From the sequence record NC_048016.1: a stretch of DNA of 64,000 nt; one strand, 5' to 3'. This document shows positions 46,380 to 54,163 of this stretch, piece after piece (positions within the stretch are counted from its first letter, which is position 1; each line of letters begins with the position of its first letter). The notes below the pieces were generated by a model. That model did no database searches, was not told where the DNA came from, and was given only the letters and a program-made list of their open reading frames with translations. The position numbers and the translations under genes are program-made.

Positions 46380-46838
46380 ATGAAAGTAATCGAACTTGAG
46401 CAGCTGCCACAGCATGACTTCGACCAAGGCCTCCGTGACCAAACGGGCGTCACTGGCGAACAATTCTGTTCGACCTATAACGAAGTCATCACCGGTGAAC
46501 CTCTGGACGACGAGCACATGTCGCGTTTTGAGAAATCACTGGTGGGGGCGCTGAACGAGCGTGCGGGTGCGGTTGCACTTCTGCACGAACTGGCCTTTTC
46601 GGATATCGATCCGTATAACGCAAGGCTGATTCTGGAAAAGGGTGTTGTCCCCGCGGATGAGATTCTTGACAAGGCAGCGGTATTGCGGGCCAACATCGAC
46701 GAGCTTATCGAGGACTATCTGCCTCAGTTAGCCGAGCTCGAGGTTACTGGCGAAGGCGACAATGTCCGTCAACGCTTAGCCCGTTATGTCATCGCATCGA
46801 TTCTGTTTGACGATCGCGAAGAAGAAAACGGCGACTGA
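46380..46838 (+). CDS. Hypothetical acidic protein (152 aa)
   Basis: GAGG RBS; terminator follows. Confidence 0.7.
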   Translation: MKVIELEQLPQHDFDQGLRDQTGVTGEQFCSTYNEVITGEPLDDEHMSRFEKSLVGALNERAGAVALLHELAFSDIDPYNARLILEKGVVPADEILDKAAVLRANIDELIEDYLPQLAELEVTGEGDNVRQRLARYVIASILFDDREEENGD

Positions 46839-46843
46839 GAATG

Positions 46844-46878
46844 ACCCCTTACCGCAAGGTAGGGGGTTTTCTTTTTTT
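46844..46878 (+). terminator. Intrinsic terminator
   Basis: ACCCCTTACC-GCAA-GGTAGGGGGT then T tract. Confidence 0.8.
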
Positions 46879-46900
46879 ACACTGCACGTCCTCTTTATGT
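46875..46900 (+). promoter_or_regulatory. Bipartite promoter candidate TTTTAC-N15-TATGT
   Basis: Exact motif 28 nt upstream of the ATG at 46929. Confidence 0.55.
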
Positions 46901-46928
46901 ACAACAACTGAAACGGAGTAATAACCCC

Positions 46929-47255
46929 ATGTGGTTAAGCGCTATCAATCGTGACCTCACGAAATATAAGAACACCACCCTGTCTTCAACTGGCGACCAG
47001 GGTCAAGAAATCGAAGTTGGTCTGGGCTACGTCACTGGGATGGAAGAAGGCCAGTATGTGGTAGAAGACGACCAGCAGAACGAGTTTTTGCTGTTCCACC
47101 CTGAGGTGGACGTCTCTGAGATTAAGCCTCCGTGTGCGGTTGCGTCGTGGCAAGACCCGTCGAACAACGAATGGATGTGGGCGGTTGCAGAAGTCACCAG
47201 TCCGTCAACCTTCAAAATCGTGGGCAAGCACCATGTCGAACCTGAACCGCATTGA
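46929..47255 (+). CDS. Hypothetical protein (108 aa)
   Basis: GGAGTAAT RBS. Confidence 0.7.
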   Translation: MWLSAINRDLTKYKNTTLSSTGDQGQEIEVGLGYVTGMEEGQYVVEDDQQNEFLLFHPEVDVSEIKPPCAVASWQDPSNNEWMWAVAEVTSPSTFKIVGKHHVEPEPH

Positions 47256-47559
47256 GTTAGGGGCCGACTGCGATGCAACGCTTCGTGCACGTGTCGCAGC
47301 GTTTGGTCCGCCGTTAGGGCAATCGCTTGAGTGTCGTGGCTTCTACGCGGAGTGCATTGATTTTGACCGGGAGAACGTAACGTTCCGCCCGCGTGACAGC
47401 GGGGATGAGTTTACCCTGCCAACGTCGGTGTTCGCGTATATCCCCTGTGTTGGGGCCGTGACGTATATCGACCGGGTGCATCATCGGGTGCTGATTCATA
47501 TCCCGGACAGTCCGTCCATCGTCGATGGCATCTCCGGCTTTTCTCGCGAACGCACATAA
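47233..47559 (+). CDS. Hypothetical protein (108 aa)
   Basis: ATG 47233, 23 bp overlap; terminator follows. Confidence 0.6.
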   Translation: MSNLNRIELGADCDATLRARVAAFGPPLGQSLECRGFYAECIDFDRENVTFRPRDSGDEFTLPTSVFAYIPCVGAVTYIDRVHHRVLIHIPDSPSIVDGISGFSRERT

Positions 47560-47562
47560 CCT

Positions 47563-47602
47563 GACTCCCTACCCGCAAAGGTAGGGAGTCTGTATTTCAT
47601 TT
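47563..47602 (+). terminator. Intrinsic terminator
   Basis: GACTCCCTACC-6 nt-GGTAGGGAGTC then T-rich tract. Confidence 0.75.
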
Positions 47603-47623
47603 CAGATAGATATTATTTTCACG
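47599..47623 (+). promoter_or_regulatory. Candidate early promoter, copy 6
   Basis: ATTTCAGATAGATATTAT-tttc-ACG. Confidence 0.7.
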
Positions 47624-47652
47624 AACCCATCCTTTCACTCTCAGGAGTCAGC

Positions 47653-47916
47653 ATGTTTACTCGTTACAATGTCGTGGGCAAGAAAGGCTCACACCTTAAA
47701 CTCGAAGAACGCTTAGGCGTTACTGAGAAACCGCGCGAATTAAAGACGCGGGAAATTGATATCCCCAACCACGCCTACAGCAAAGTGGCACTGGGTGATG
47801 TACTGGCACTTCCAACCGAACTCGACACCGGTTCTGAGGTGTGGGCAACCGCTGATATTCAGCACAGTCCCCACGCCATGACCCGTCAGTTCCCATTAAT
47901 GCGTCGGGGTATGTAA
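47653..47916 (+). CDS. Early hypothetical protein (87 aa)
   Basis: AGGAG RBS; TAATG overlap with next gene. Confidence 0.7.
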   Translation: MFTRYNVVGKKGSHLKLEERLGVTEKPRELKTREIDIPNHAYSKVALGDVLALPTELDTGSEVWATADIQHSPHAMTRQFPLMRRGM

Positions 47917-48386
47917 TGGACTTTGCAGTTGTTAGTACCGACACTATCGTTCGGATGAAGAAAGCTGCAGCCATTACGTTGGCGACTGAACGACTCATCG
48001 ACAAGAACATCGCTGCGCACTGTGAACTGTTAAACAAAGTTTCAGGTGTGGCGACCGTCTACTCCTGCGAGGGCCATCTAACCCAAGAAGACGGCTTGCC
48101 ACGCCGGCCGTATATCATGATGGCCTGCACCCGTCAGGGTTTGCCTTTCGTGGAAGCTTTAATGAAAGCCGCGCTGGACGACCCTACCTACGCGGTCTGT
48201 CGTTGTGAAGTGACTTTGGCGGAACTGCCGTGGGTTGAAAACAGTCAGGGGTACGAGTATGAACCCCAAGACTTTTACTACGCGTGGATACTGCGGGGTG
48301 ACACGTCAGACCACCACATGTTAATGAGTCAGATTCGCGAGCACTGGCTTGTTGCCATTAACAACACCATCAAACAATTTTCATAA
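47916..48386 (+). CDS. Tyw3-like-motif protein, paralog 1 (156 aa)
   Basis: LLNKVSGVATVYSCEGH resembles the LN..T.SSCSG motif of Tyw3. Confidence 0.45.
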   Translation: MDFAVVSTDTIVRMKKAAAITLATERLIDKNIAAHCELLNKVSGVATVYSCEGHLTQEDGLPRRPYIMMACTRQGLPFVEALMKAALDDPTYAVCRCEVTLAELPWVENSQGYEYEPQDFYYAWILRGDTSDHHMLMSQIREHWLVAINNTIKQFS

Positions 48387-48395
48387 GGACCGACG

Positions 48396-48848
48396 ATGTT
48401 TGCCAATACCACAGTCAGTGATGAGATGCTGGCCTTCTTCTCTTCCCGCACACAAGCGCAGTTAACGACCGGTGGTGTCATTGATATCCCGATGGTGCCT
48501 GTGATTGAAAGTCTTAACCAGTTACCACATGTCGCCACTGTGCTCTGCTGTGGCGGGCACATCCGTGTGGAGAATGGCAAACGGCGTACACGAACGCCCC
48601 ACCACGTTATGCTCGTGGTGGATGCAGTGGGTTATGCAACCTTAGAGCGCATTTACCGTCTCTGGCAGGAGACCGAATACGCAGACAATATCCATCTCTG
48701 TGTCTCCCGGTTATTGCACATGCGGGAAAGTGGCTTTAAAGGGTATTACCCAGTGTGGAAGTTTCAACTTAACCTGCGCCCTGAACCTGAAGTTATTGAG
48801 GGAATGTGCAAGGCGTGGGTGCGTATCGCTAATGCCTGTAAGGAATAA
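48396..48848 (+). CDS. Tyw3-like-motif protein, paralog 2 (150 aa)
   Basis: SLNQLPHVATVLCCGGH. Confidence 0.45.
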   Translation: MFANTTVSDEMLAFFSSRTQAQLTTGGVIDIPMVPVIESLNQLPHVATVLCCGGHIRVENGKRRTRTPHHVMLVVDAVGYATLERIYRLWQETEYADNIHLCVSRLLHMRESGFKGYYPVWKFQLNLRPEPEVIEGMCKAWVRIANACKE

Positions 48849-48859
48849 TCCTCTGTATT

Positions 48860-48890
48860 GCTAGCCTCTGGGGCTAGCTTTCTTCTTTTT
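48860..48890 (+). terminator. Intrinsic terminator
   Basis: GCTAGCC-TCTG-GGGCTAGC hairpin then T tract. Confidence 0.75.
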
Positions 48891-48914
48891 ATTCGCAAAA
48901 ATAATAGTCCCGTT

Positions 48915-48940
48915 TTTCACGTATTAGACGTTTCTAATGT
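48915..48940 (+). promoter_or_regulatory. Bipartite promoter variant TTTCAC-N15-AATGT
   Basis: Same spacing, directly before the AAGGAG RBS of 48957. Confidence 0.4.
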
Positions 48941-48956
48941 AAGGAGAATATACGCA

Positions 48957-49580
48957 ATGGCAACCCCAAAGAAACGTAATAAAAAGTACAACCGTGTGAA
49001 GTCCATGGACAACATCGCACTCAGCGCTGCACAGAACGCCCTGAACCGTATCGCCTTCGTGGGCAGCTCTATCCGACCGCTTGCCCCTTATGGCGGGCGG
49101 TCTTTTCAATTAACATCAACCGGCAACATGCGCATCGCCGTGGCTGAGATTCTGACTTCGTCGCTGTTCGAAGAAGCACGGGATTGGCGGGCATGGATTC
49201 TGCATCTGTATCAGGACGGTGAAGCGATTACTGCTGAGAGCATGCGCTTGCTGCTGCCGGAATACACGTTGGCGGACTTCACTGAGCACGCTGACTTCCT
49301 TATCGAACAAACCCGCGATAAAGAACAGGTGCACTACGGCTATGCCGTCTTTGCCTCCCCGACCGACAAGTTCGATTTGGACGCCATGGATGAAGGCCTC
49401 ACGGAGAACTTCATGCACTCCGGTATCCTCGACAAGTCTCAGCACTTAACGCCTGAAGAGCACAAGGTGGATAAGGCTTTGATGCTGGCAAAGATTGTGG
49501 GTTATCAGACCAAGTTTGATCTCACCCGCAAGCACAAAGTGGAAGTGTCCGAAAGCTACGTTAAAACCCACGAAGAATAA
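48957..49580 (+). CDS. Hypothetical protein with basic N-terminus (207 aa)
   Basis: ATG 48957 behind GTAAGGAG; PKKRNKKYNR. Confidence 0.75.
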   Translation: MATPKKRNKKYNRVKSMDNIALSAAQNALNRIAFVGSSIRPLAPYGGRSFQLTSTGNMRIAVAEILTSSLFEEARDWRAWILHLYQDGEAITAESMRLLLPEYTLADFTEHADFLIEQTRDKEQVHYGYAVFASPTDKFDLDAMDEGLTENFMHSGILDKSQHLTPEEHKVDKALMLAKIVGYQTKFDLTRKHKVEVSESYVKTHEE

Positions 49581-49621
49581 CGGTTCGTATTACAACTCAA
49601 TTACCCACAAGGATTAATCTC

Positions 49622-50059
49622 ATGGTCGCGAAAATTAAAGTAATCAAAACTGAAGAAGTAAAACATATCGCCAACGGTATTCTGTTGGAGCGTCCGCTGT
49701 CGGACTTCGCTAATCCCGACGATCTTCAATCCGCGTTCCGTCGTCTGGTGCGGGGGCTGCTCTACTGCGAAAAAGGTGTGCCGGATACCTCTGGCATGAA
49801 CGCCTTTGATGCACTGTTTCGAGTGAAAACCATCGAGCCCGATCGCGTCTGTGGTTCCATCGTTGATGCCACGGTCGACGTGGTGGATAACAAGGTTGTG
49901 GTGCGGGGTACCTTTGTCCCGGCCGGGCCATTGAAAGAGATGGCAAAGGTCGCGATGGATATCCTCGATGAGCTGCCACTGGTTCCGCGCTACGTGTTGA
50001 ACTACGACGGCAAAATTGCATCGGTTGAGACGTGGGACCTGCTGGACCTGCAGGGATGA
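49622..50059 (+). CDS. Probable catalytically inactive prohead-protease (S80-like) paralog (145 aa)
   Basis: LYCEKGVP ~ LYGE.GHP; R...I...VCGSI; VRGTFVPAGPL ~ G...P.GP.G; LVPR ~ FSIR; ETWDL ~ ITWD; catalytic His and Ser positions substituted. Confidence 0.6.
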   Translation: MVAKIKVIKTEEVKHIANGILLERPLSDFANPDDLQSAFRRLVRGLLYCEKGVPDTSGMNAFDALFRVKTIEPDRVCGSIVDATVDVVDNKVVVRGTFVPAGPLKEMAKVAMDILDELPLVPRYVLNYDGKIASVETWDLLDLQG

Positions 50060-50259
50060 ATCCGCTTCAAATCTGGGGCGTAGTTGTCTACGCCATCTTC
50101 TCCTTTGTGATGGCGCTCGCACTGATGTCGCTTGCGCCACGCTATAAGCCGGGAAGACTACTCCCGATTGTTCTCTTCTACCTCGCCGTGATTGCTGTAT
50201 TAACTGCCGGCGGGTATCTTTTTGGTTGGTACGTCTTAAGTGGATTAAAGGTGGATTAA
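50056..50259 (+). CDS. Small two-TM membrane protein (67 aa)
   Basis: ATG 50056 (ATGA overlap); two hydrophobic helices. Confidence 0.7.
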   Translation: MNPLQIWGVVVYAIFSFVMALALMSLAPRYKPGRLLPIVLFYLAVIAVLTAGGYLFGWYVLSGLKVD

Positions 50260-51245
50260 TGCCGACGTATATTGCATTAACTGGCGGGTTGGATTCAACG
50301 TGGTGTTTGGTCAACGGTAAGAAGGCTGGAAACAGTCTGGAGCCTGTGGTGTTTAACATGGGCAACGGCATCAACGCGGTTATCATTGAGTATCTGTTGG
50401 GTCGTGAAATGGTACGTCGTCTCTGGAAGGATAAAAAAGGTGACGTGATGCCCCACCATGCGTGGGGTAAGCAAAAGCTCGGCGGGTACATTTTCACTAA
50501 CAACAATACGCCGACCATGCGCATGATTCAACAGGGGCGGGTGGTCAATGGTCTGGCACGGGTTGCCTGCGATGATAGCCGTATACGTGACCCGATTCAT
50601 TGTATCGTTGGCTGGCATCGGGATGACGCGTTCGAGAACAACGGTGAGTACGGTGATTGGTCACTGGACGACTACAGTAAGCTCAAGCAGTTGTTTGAAT
50701 TGCAATGCTACTTTGCAGACACGGGTCGCCGTATTCAGCCGCTGGCCACCCCGGCGTGGGATAAGCCGAAGATTGACATGTGGAGCGAGTTACCGGACGA
50801 CCTTCGCCCACTGGTCACGGTTCACTGGCATAACGCGTTAAGCATTGTCTATTCGGACAAACGCAAGGAGTTGCTGATTTGTGCCCAGCCGACGTATTTC
50901 TCACACAAGGTTAATGAGTACATCGCGTTGGGTATTGACCCAACCGCCGCGTGGATAATCAAAGCGGATAACAACCTTCTGCGTGAACTTGCTGCCCCGC
51001 TGTTTAAAGAGGATGTGTTACCGCTGGCTGTCAAGCACATGCTGAATGAAGTACCGGCGGGTGCTATCGCGAATATGGAAAAAGTCCATATCAGCGACAA
51101 CATCACTATCAACCAAACTTACCCACACACCCGCTGGAGCGTCGAAGGTGAATCAATCTTACGTGAGTTTAAAGAAGACATGGAAGCGGCTTATGACGCT
51201 GCTCTTCAAAAAGAAAAAGCCACAACAGCCCAAGCGGACGCTTGA
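50259..51245 (+). CDS. PP-loop (adenine nucleotide alpha-hydrolase, QueC-like N-terminus) protein (328 aa)
   Basis: YIALTGGLDSTWCL = SGGxDS PP-loop; ATPAWDKPKIDM ~ TPL...K..I; no QueC zinc CxxCxxC. Confidence 0.65.
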   Translation: MPTYIALTGGLDSTWCLVNGKKAGNSLEPVVFNMGNGINAVIIEYLLGREMVRRLWKDKKGDVMPHHAWGKQKLGGYIFTNNNTPTMRMIQQGRVVNGLARVACDDSRIRDPIHCIVGWHRDDAFENNGEYGDWSLDDYSKLKQLFELQCYFADTGRRIQPLATPAWDKPKIDMWSELPDDLRPLVTVHWHNALSIVYSDKRKELLICAQPTYFSHKVNEYIALGIDPTAAWIIKADNNLLRELAAPLFKEDVLPLAVKHMLNEVPAGAIANMEKVHISDNITINQTYPHTRWSVEGESILREFKEDMEAAYDAALQKEKATTAQADA

Positions 51246-51681
51246 TGATATCGTTCGTGAGTTGTTCGATTCCGAAGACCGGGACATCCCGGCTTTTGCT
51301 TCCGCCATGGGCATGTCCGTGCCTGATTTGTACTTTGCCGTGAAAGACCCACATCTACGTGGGAACATCAAAGGCTTTGCAGGGCAGGAAGCAAAAATCA
51401 TTATCAACGAACGGAACGATCGCCTCATCTTTGGTCGCAACGCCGTCCTCGTCAGCATGCCCGATCGGGGCAACTTGCGTTTCGAGAACCTCGAAGAGGG
51501 GATTGACCACCTTCGCCGCATGGCAAAACCGGACACACCGATTAAGATGTTCCCACACGATGTCAAAGAGCACACTGTGATGTTCTCGCTGACTGACGTG
51601 AAGGGCGACGCGGCTTTGGGCGTAATCTCGCAGCTCTCTAAAGCGCAGTTCGAGAAAATACTGGAAAGGTTCAAGGGGTAG
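51193..51681 (+). CDS. Hypothetical protein, possible N-terminal HTH (162 aa)
   Basis: ATG 51193; IPAFASAMGMSVPDLYFAV. Confidence 0.6.
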   Translation: MTLLFKKKKPQQPKRTLDDIVRELFDSEDRDIPAFASAMGMSVPDLYFAVKDPHLRGNIKGFAGQEAKIIINERNDRLIFGRNAVLVSMPDRGNLRFENLEEGIDHLRRMAKPDTPIKMFPHDVKEHTVMFSLTDVKGDAALGVISQLSKAQFEKILERFKG

Positions 51682-51683
51682 CA

Positions 51684-53426
51684 ATGAAAATACTGGTGAG
51701 CTTGCCGGAGATGACGCCATCAGATTTTGTGGCGTTGTTTGATAAGCACGTTTACGGGCAGGAACAGGCCAAGAAGATGCTGGCCATTGCCCTGCGTAAC
51801 CGCTACCGCACGTCGCTCTTACTCGGGCAAGACCGCTTTAGCGTGAACAAGCAGAACGTGTTATTGCACGGCCCGACGGGTACCGGTAAGACGGCCCTGA
51901 TTCGTGTGTTACGCAAAGACCTCGAATTGCCGGTGCTGGAGTTCGACATGACATCCTTTACGGAGTCGGGCTACGTCGGGCGTAGCATCGAAGAAATTGG
52001 CAAGGAGCTGAGGGAGCTGACCAAAGGCCTGAAGATTCCGAACTGGTATCTCGAAGCGCACGGTCAGCCCATTAACAAAGAGCCGGAAAGGAAGTACACC
52101 CGGGCGGAGTTAGAGGAACTGCAAAGGCAGGAGCTGCGCAACGACATGCAGGAGCGGGACGAACACCGTAAGCGTTTCAATGAAGCGTACAACGCCGCCT
52201 TGGACGAACTCAAGGCATCGGGTGTGCTGGATATCGAAAAGCACGGTACGTACCTCAGCGTCTACTATTACCGCTGCCTGTTGTTAGGACTTTACCGCTC
52301 TAACCACATTGAGGATGTATCGGGGCTGCAAGAACTCACCACGCTTAACATCGATGGTCTGGATTTCGGTGCTGTGTTTAAGGATACGGCCCGTTTGAAA
52401 GAGTTGTCCGATCTGGAGAACAGTGATGAAGAGCTCAGCGAAATGGGTGAGGCGGAACTCGAAGCGGAAGTGGCAGCCATCATGGCGCGGTTACTCAGGA
52501 CAATGGGTCCAATTGAGTCTGAGTTTATTGAGCTGGGTCGTCGTTACATGAACAGCTATCCGTCCATGGCAACGGCCCCTCACGAAACGTGGGCACAGTT
52601 CGCTGACCAGTTTGAGGAAAGTGATGATGCGTTGCGGCCCATCGGTTTCAGAGCGGTACGTGTGGAAGACCCTGAACTGCACGCCCTGACCTTGTTGCAT
52701 AGCGACATTGAGCTTGCAGAGAAACAGCTCACCACCTGTGACGATTTTTCACACTACGTTGACGACGACCTCTGGGTGCTGCCGAAGTTTGAGCAGTTAA
52801 GTAAGGAAGCCATTGAAGCGCAAGAAAAGAGCGACAGCCCGAAACGACGTATCGACCCCAAGTCGTTTGTGGAGAACTTCGCGGTGGTATTCTTAGATGA
52901 GATTGACAAACTCATTGAAGAAGACACGACCCGAACCCACGTCTCGCGTTCTGGGGTACAGCGCAGTTTATTGAAGATGGTCGAAGGCGGAACCTACCAC
53001 GGTATCGACACCACAAATATCTTGTTCGTGGCCGCGGGCGCGTTTGCCATTTCTCCTATCAGTAAACTGATGCCGGAGCTGCAAGGTCGTTTCCCACTGC
53101 GGGGCCGGCTGAACGCACTGGACGCCGATGCGTTTGTGCACATCTGTAAGATGACGGGCAGTGAGTTCCAAGGTCACATCGCGCTGATGCGTACTGAGAA
53201 TGTTCAGGTCAAGTACGACATGGACACGTATCAAGTGATTGCTGAACGCACCCTTGCCCAAAACATGGTGGACAATCTCGGTGCCCGACGTCTGGGTGCG
53301 GTGATTAATGCCATCTTCCAACCTGCTATGTACGAGCCGGAGAAATACCGTCAAAACGGTTTTGATATCCGCGGTGAAACCTTACGAGCCTTGAGTAAAA
53401 CAGATGACGGAAAACAAAAGCATTAG
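51684..53426 (+). CDS. hslU: HslU (ClpY)-like AAA+ ATPase with enlarged I-domain (580 aa)
   Basis: VYGQEQAKK.LAIALRNR, GPTGTGKT, FTESGYVG, VFLDEIDK, GVQRSLL..VEG, ILFVAAGAF, PELQGRFP, NLGARRL. Confidence 0.92.
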   Translation: MKILVSLPEMTPSDFVALFDKHVYGQEQAKKMLAIALRNRYRTSLLLGQDRFSVNKQNVLLHGPTGTGKTALIRVLRKDLELPVLEFDMTSFTESGYVGRSIEEIGKELRELTKGLKIPNWYLEAHGQPINKEPERKYTRAELEELQRQELRNDMQERDEHRKRFNEAYNAALDELKASGVLDIEKHGTYLSVYYYRCLLLGLYRSNHIEDVSGLQELTTLNIDGLDFGAVFKDTARLKELSDLENSDEELSEMGEAELEAEVAAIMARLLRTMGPIESEFIELGRRYMNSYPSMATAPHETWAQFADQFEESDDALRPIGFRAVRVEDPELHALTLLHSDIELAEKQLTTCDDFSHYVDDDLWVLPKFEQLSKEAIEAQEKSDSPKRRIDPKSFVENFAVVFLDEIDKLIEEDTTRTHVSRSGVQRSLLKMVEGGTYHGIDTTNILFVAAGAFAISPISKLMPELQGRFPLRGRLNALDADAFVHICKMTGSEFQGHIALMRTENVQVKYDMDTYQVIAERTLAQNMVDNLGARRLGAVINAIFQPAMYEPEKYRQNGFDIRGETLRALSKTDDGKQKH

Positions 53427-53730
53427 TCAGGAAGAAGCTGTAATCGAGTTGCAAAGCAACTTCGACAGACTGAAGGAGCAGGCTAAGGATGGACACTCTC
53501 CGCTGTATCTCGTATACACCGGTGACGTGGGGGCCGTCGTCCATCCCAAGACGTGGGTAATGCGTGACGTGCTTGGCCAGCGGACGATTCTCGGCAAATC
53601 GATCGCCATGGTGCCAGCGCCCGAAGAACGGACGTTGTACATCTTGGAATACGAGACAGGAGCGAAGTTAGGTGAGATTACCAACCCACCTTTAGACCTG
53701 CTCAATGAACTCACTGGGCTTTCAACGTGA
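53404..53730 (+). CDS. Hypothetical protein (108 aa)
   Basis: 23 bp overlap with hslU. Confidence 0.65.
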   Translation: MTENKSISQEEAVIELQSNFDRLKEQAKDGHSPLYLVYTGDVGAVVHPKTWVMRDVLGQRTILGKSIAMVPAPEERTLYILEYETGAKLGEITNPPLDLLNELTGLST

Positions 53731-53756
53731 GGAAACCTTAACCTTTAGGAGTGTGT

Positions 53757-54137
53757 ATGTCAGCCTTACGAGTATGGACAATTCAGATGGGCCAGTGGCG
53801 TAAAGCCGTGGAGAAAGACATACCCCTCCTGAATATTACAATCAAGTCCGGTGAAGCTATCTTTGCACCGGACTGGGATTTCTTGATGACGTATAAAGAT
53901 TCCGCCAAAACCCCCGAGGATGAACGCATTTACACTCGGGCGTATGCCGCGAAGATTAACCGTAAACTCAAAGAATTCCCGAATAAGTTTTCAGATATAT
54001 TTAATAACAGTGAGATAGCCTTAGCCTGTTATTGTCCGGCCGGTGAATTCTGTCATCGGCATTTGTTTGTCAAAGTCCTACAACAGCTCGGTAAGCAACT
54101 CGGTAGAGAAGTTATTTACATGGGCGAAATCACTTAA
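53757..54137 (+). CDS. DUF488/YeaO-like protein (126 aa)
   Basis: AIFAPDWDFL..YK, IALACYCPAGEFCHRHL; ATG 53757 behind AGGAG. Confidence 0.7.
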   Translation: MSALRVWTIQMGQWRKAVEKDIPLLNITIKSGEAIFAPDWDFLMTYKDSAKTPEDERIYTRAYAAKINRKLKEFPNKFSDIFNNSEIALACYCPAGEFCHRHLFVKVLQQLGKQLGREVIYMGEIT

Positions 54138-54163
54138 TTGCAACACCGTAAGGAGTAATAGAA

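Noticed and set aside
49601-50524. 307-aa minus-strand ORF
   Set aside because: Antisense shadow of three coupled + genes with good starts; no RBS or recognisable motifs
50259-51245. Calling this gene queC and a 7-deazaguanine pathway
   Set aside because: No zinc-binding CxxCxxC and no partner genes in the window
53989-54006. TTTCAGATATATTTAAT resembling the early promoter
   Set aside because: Inside a CDS, lacks the TAGAT core and the N4-RYG spacing
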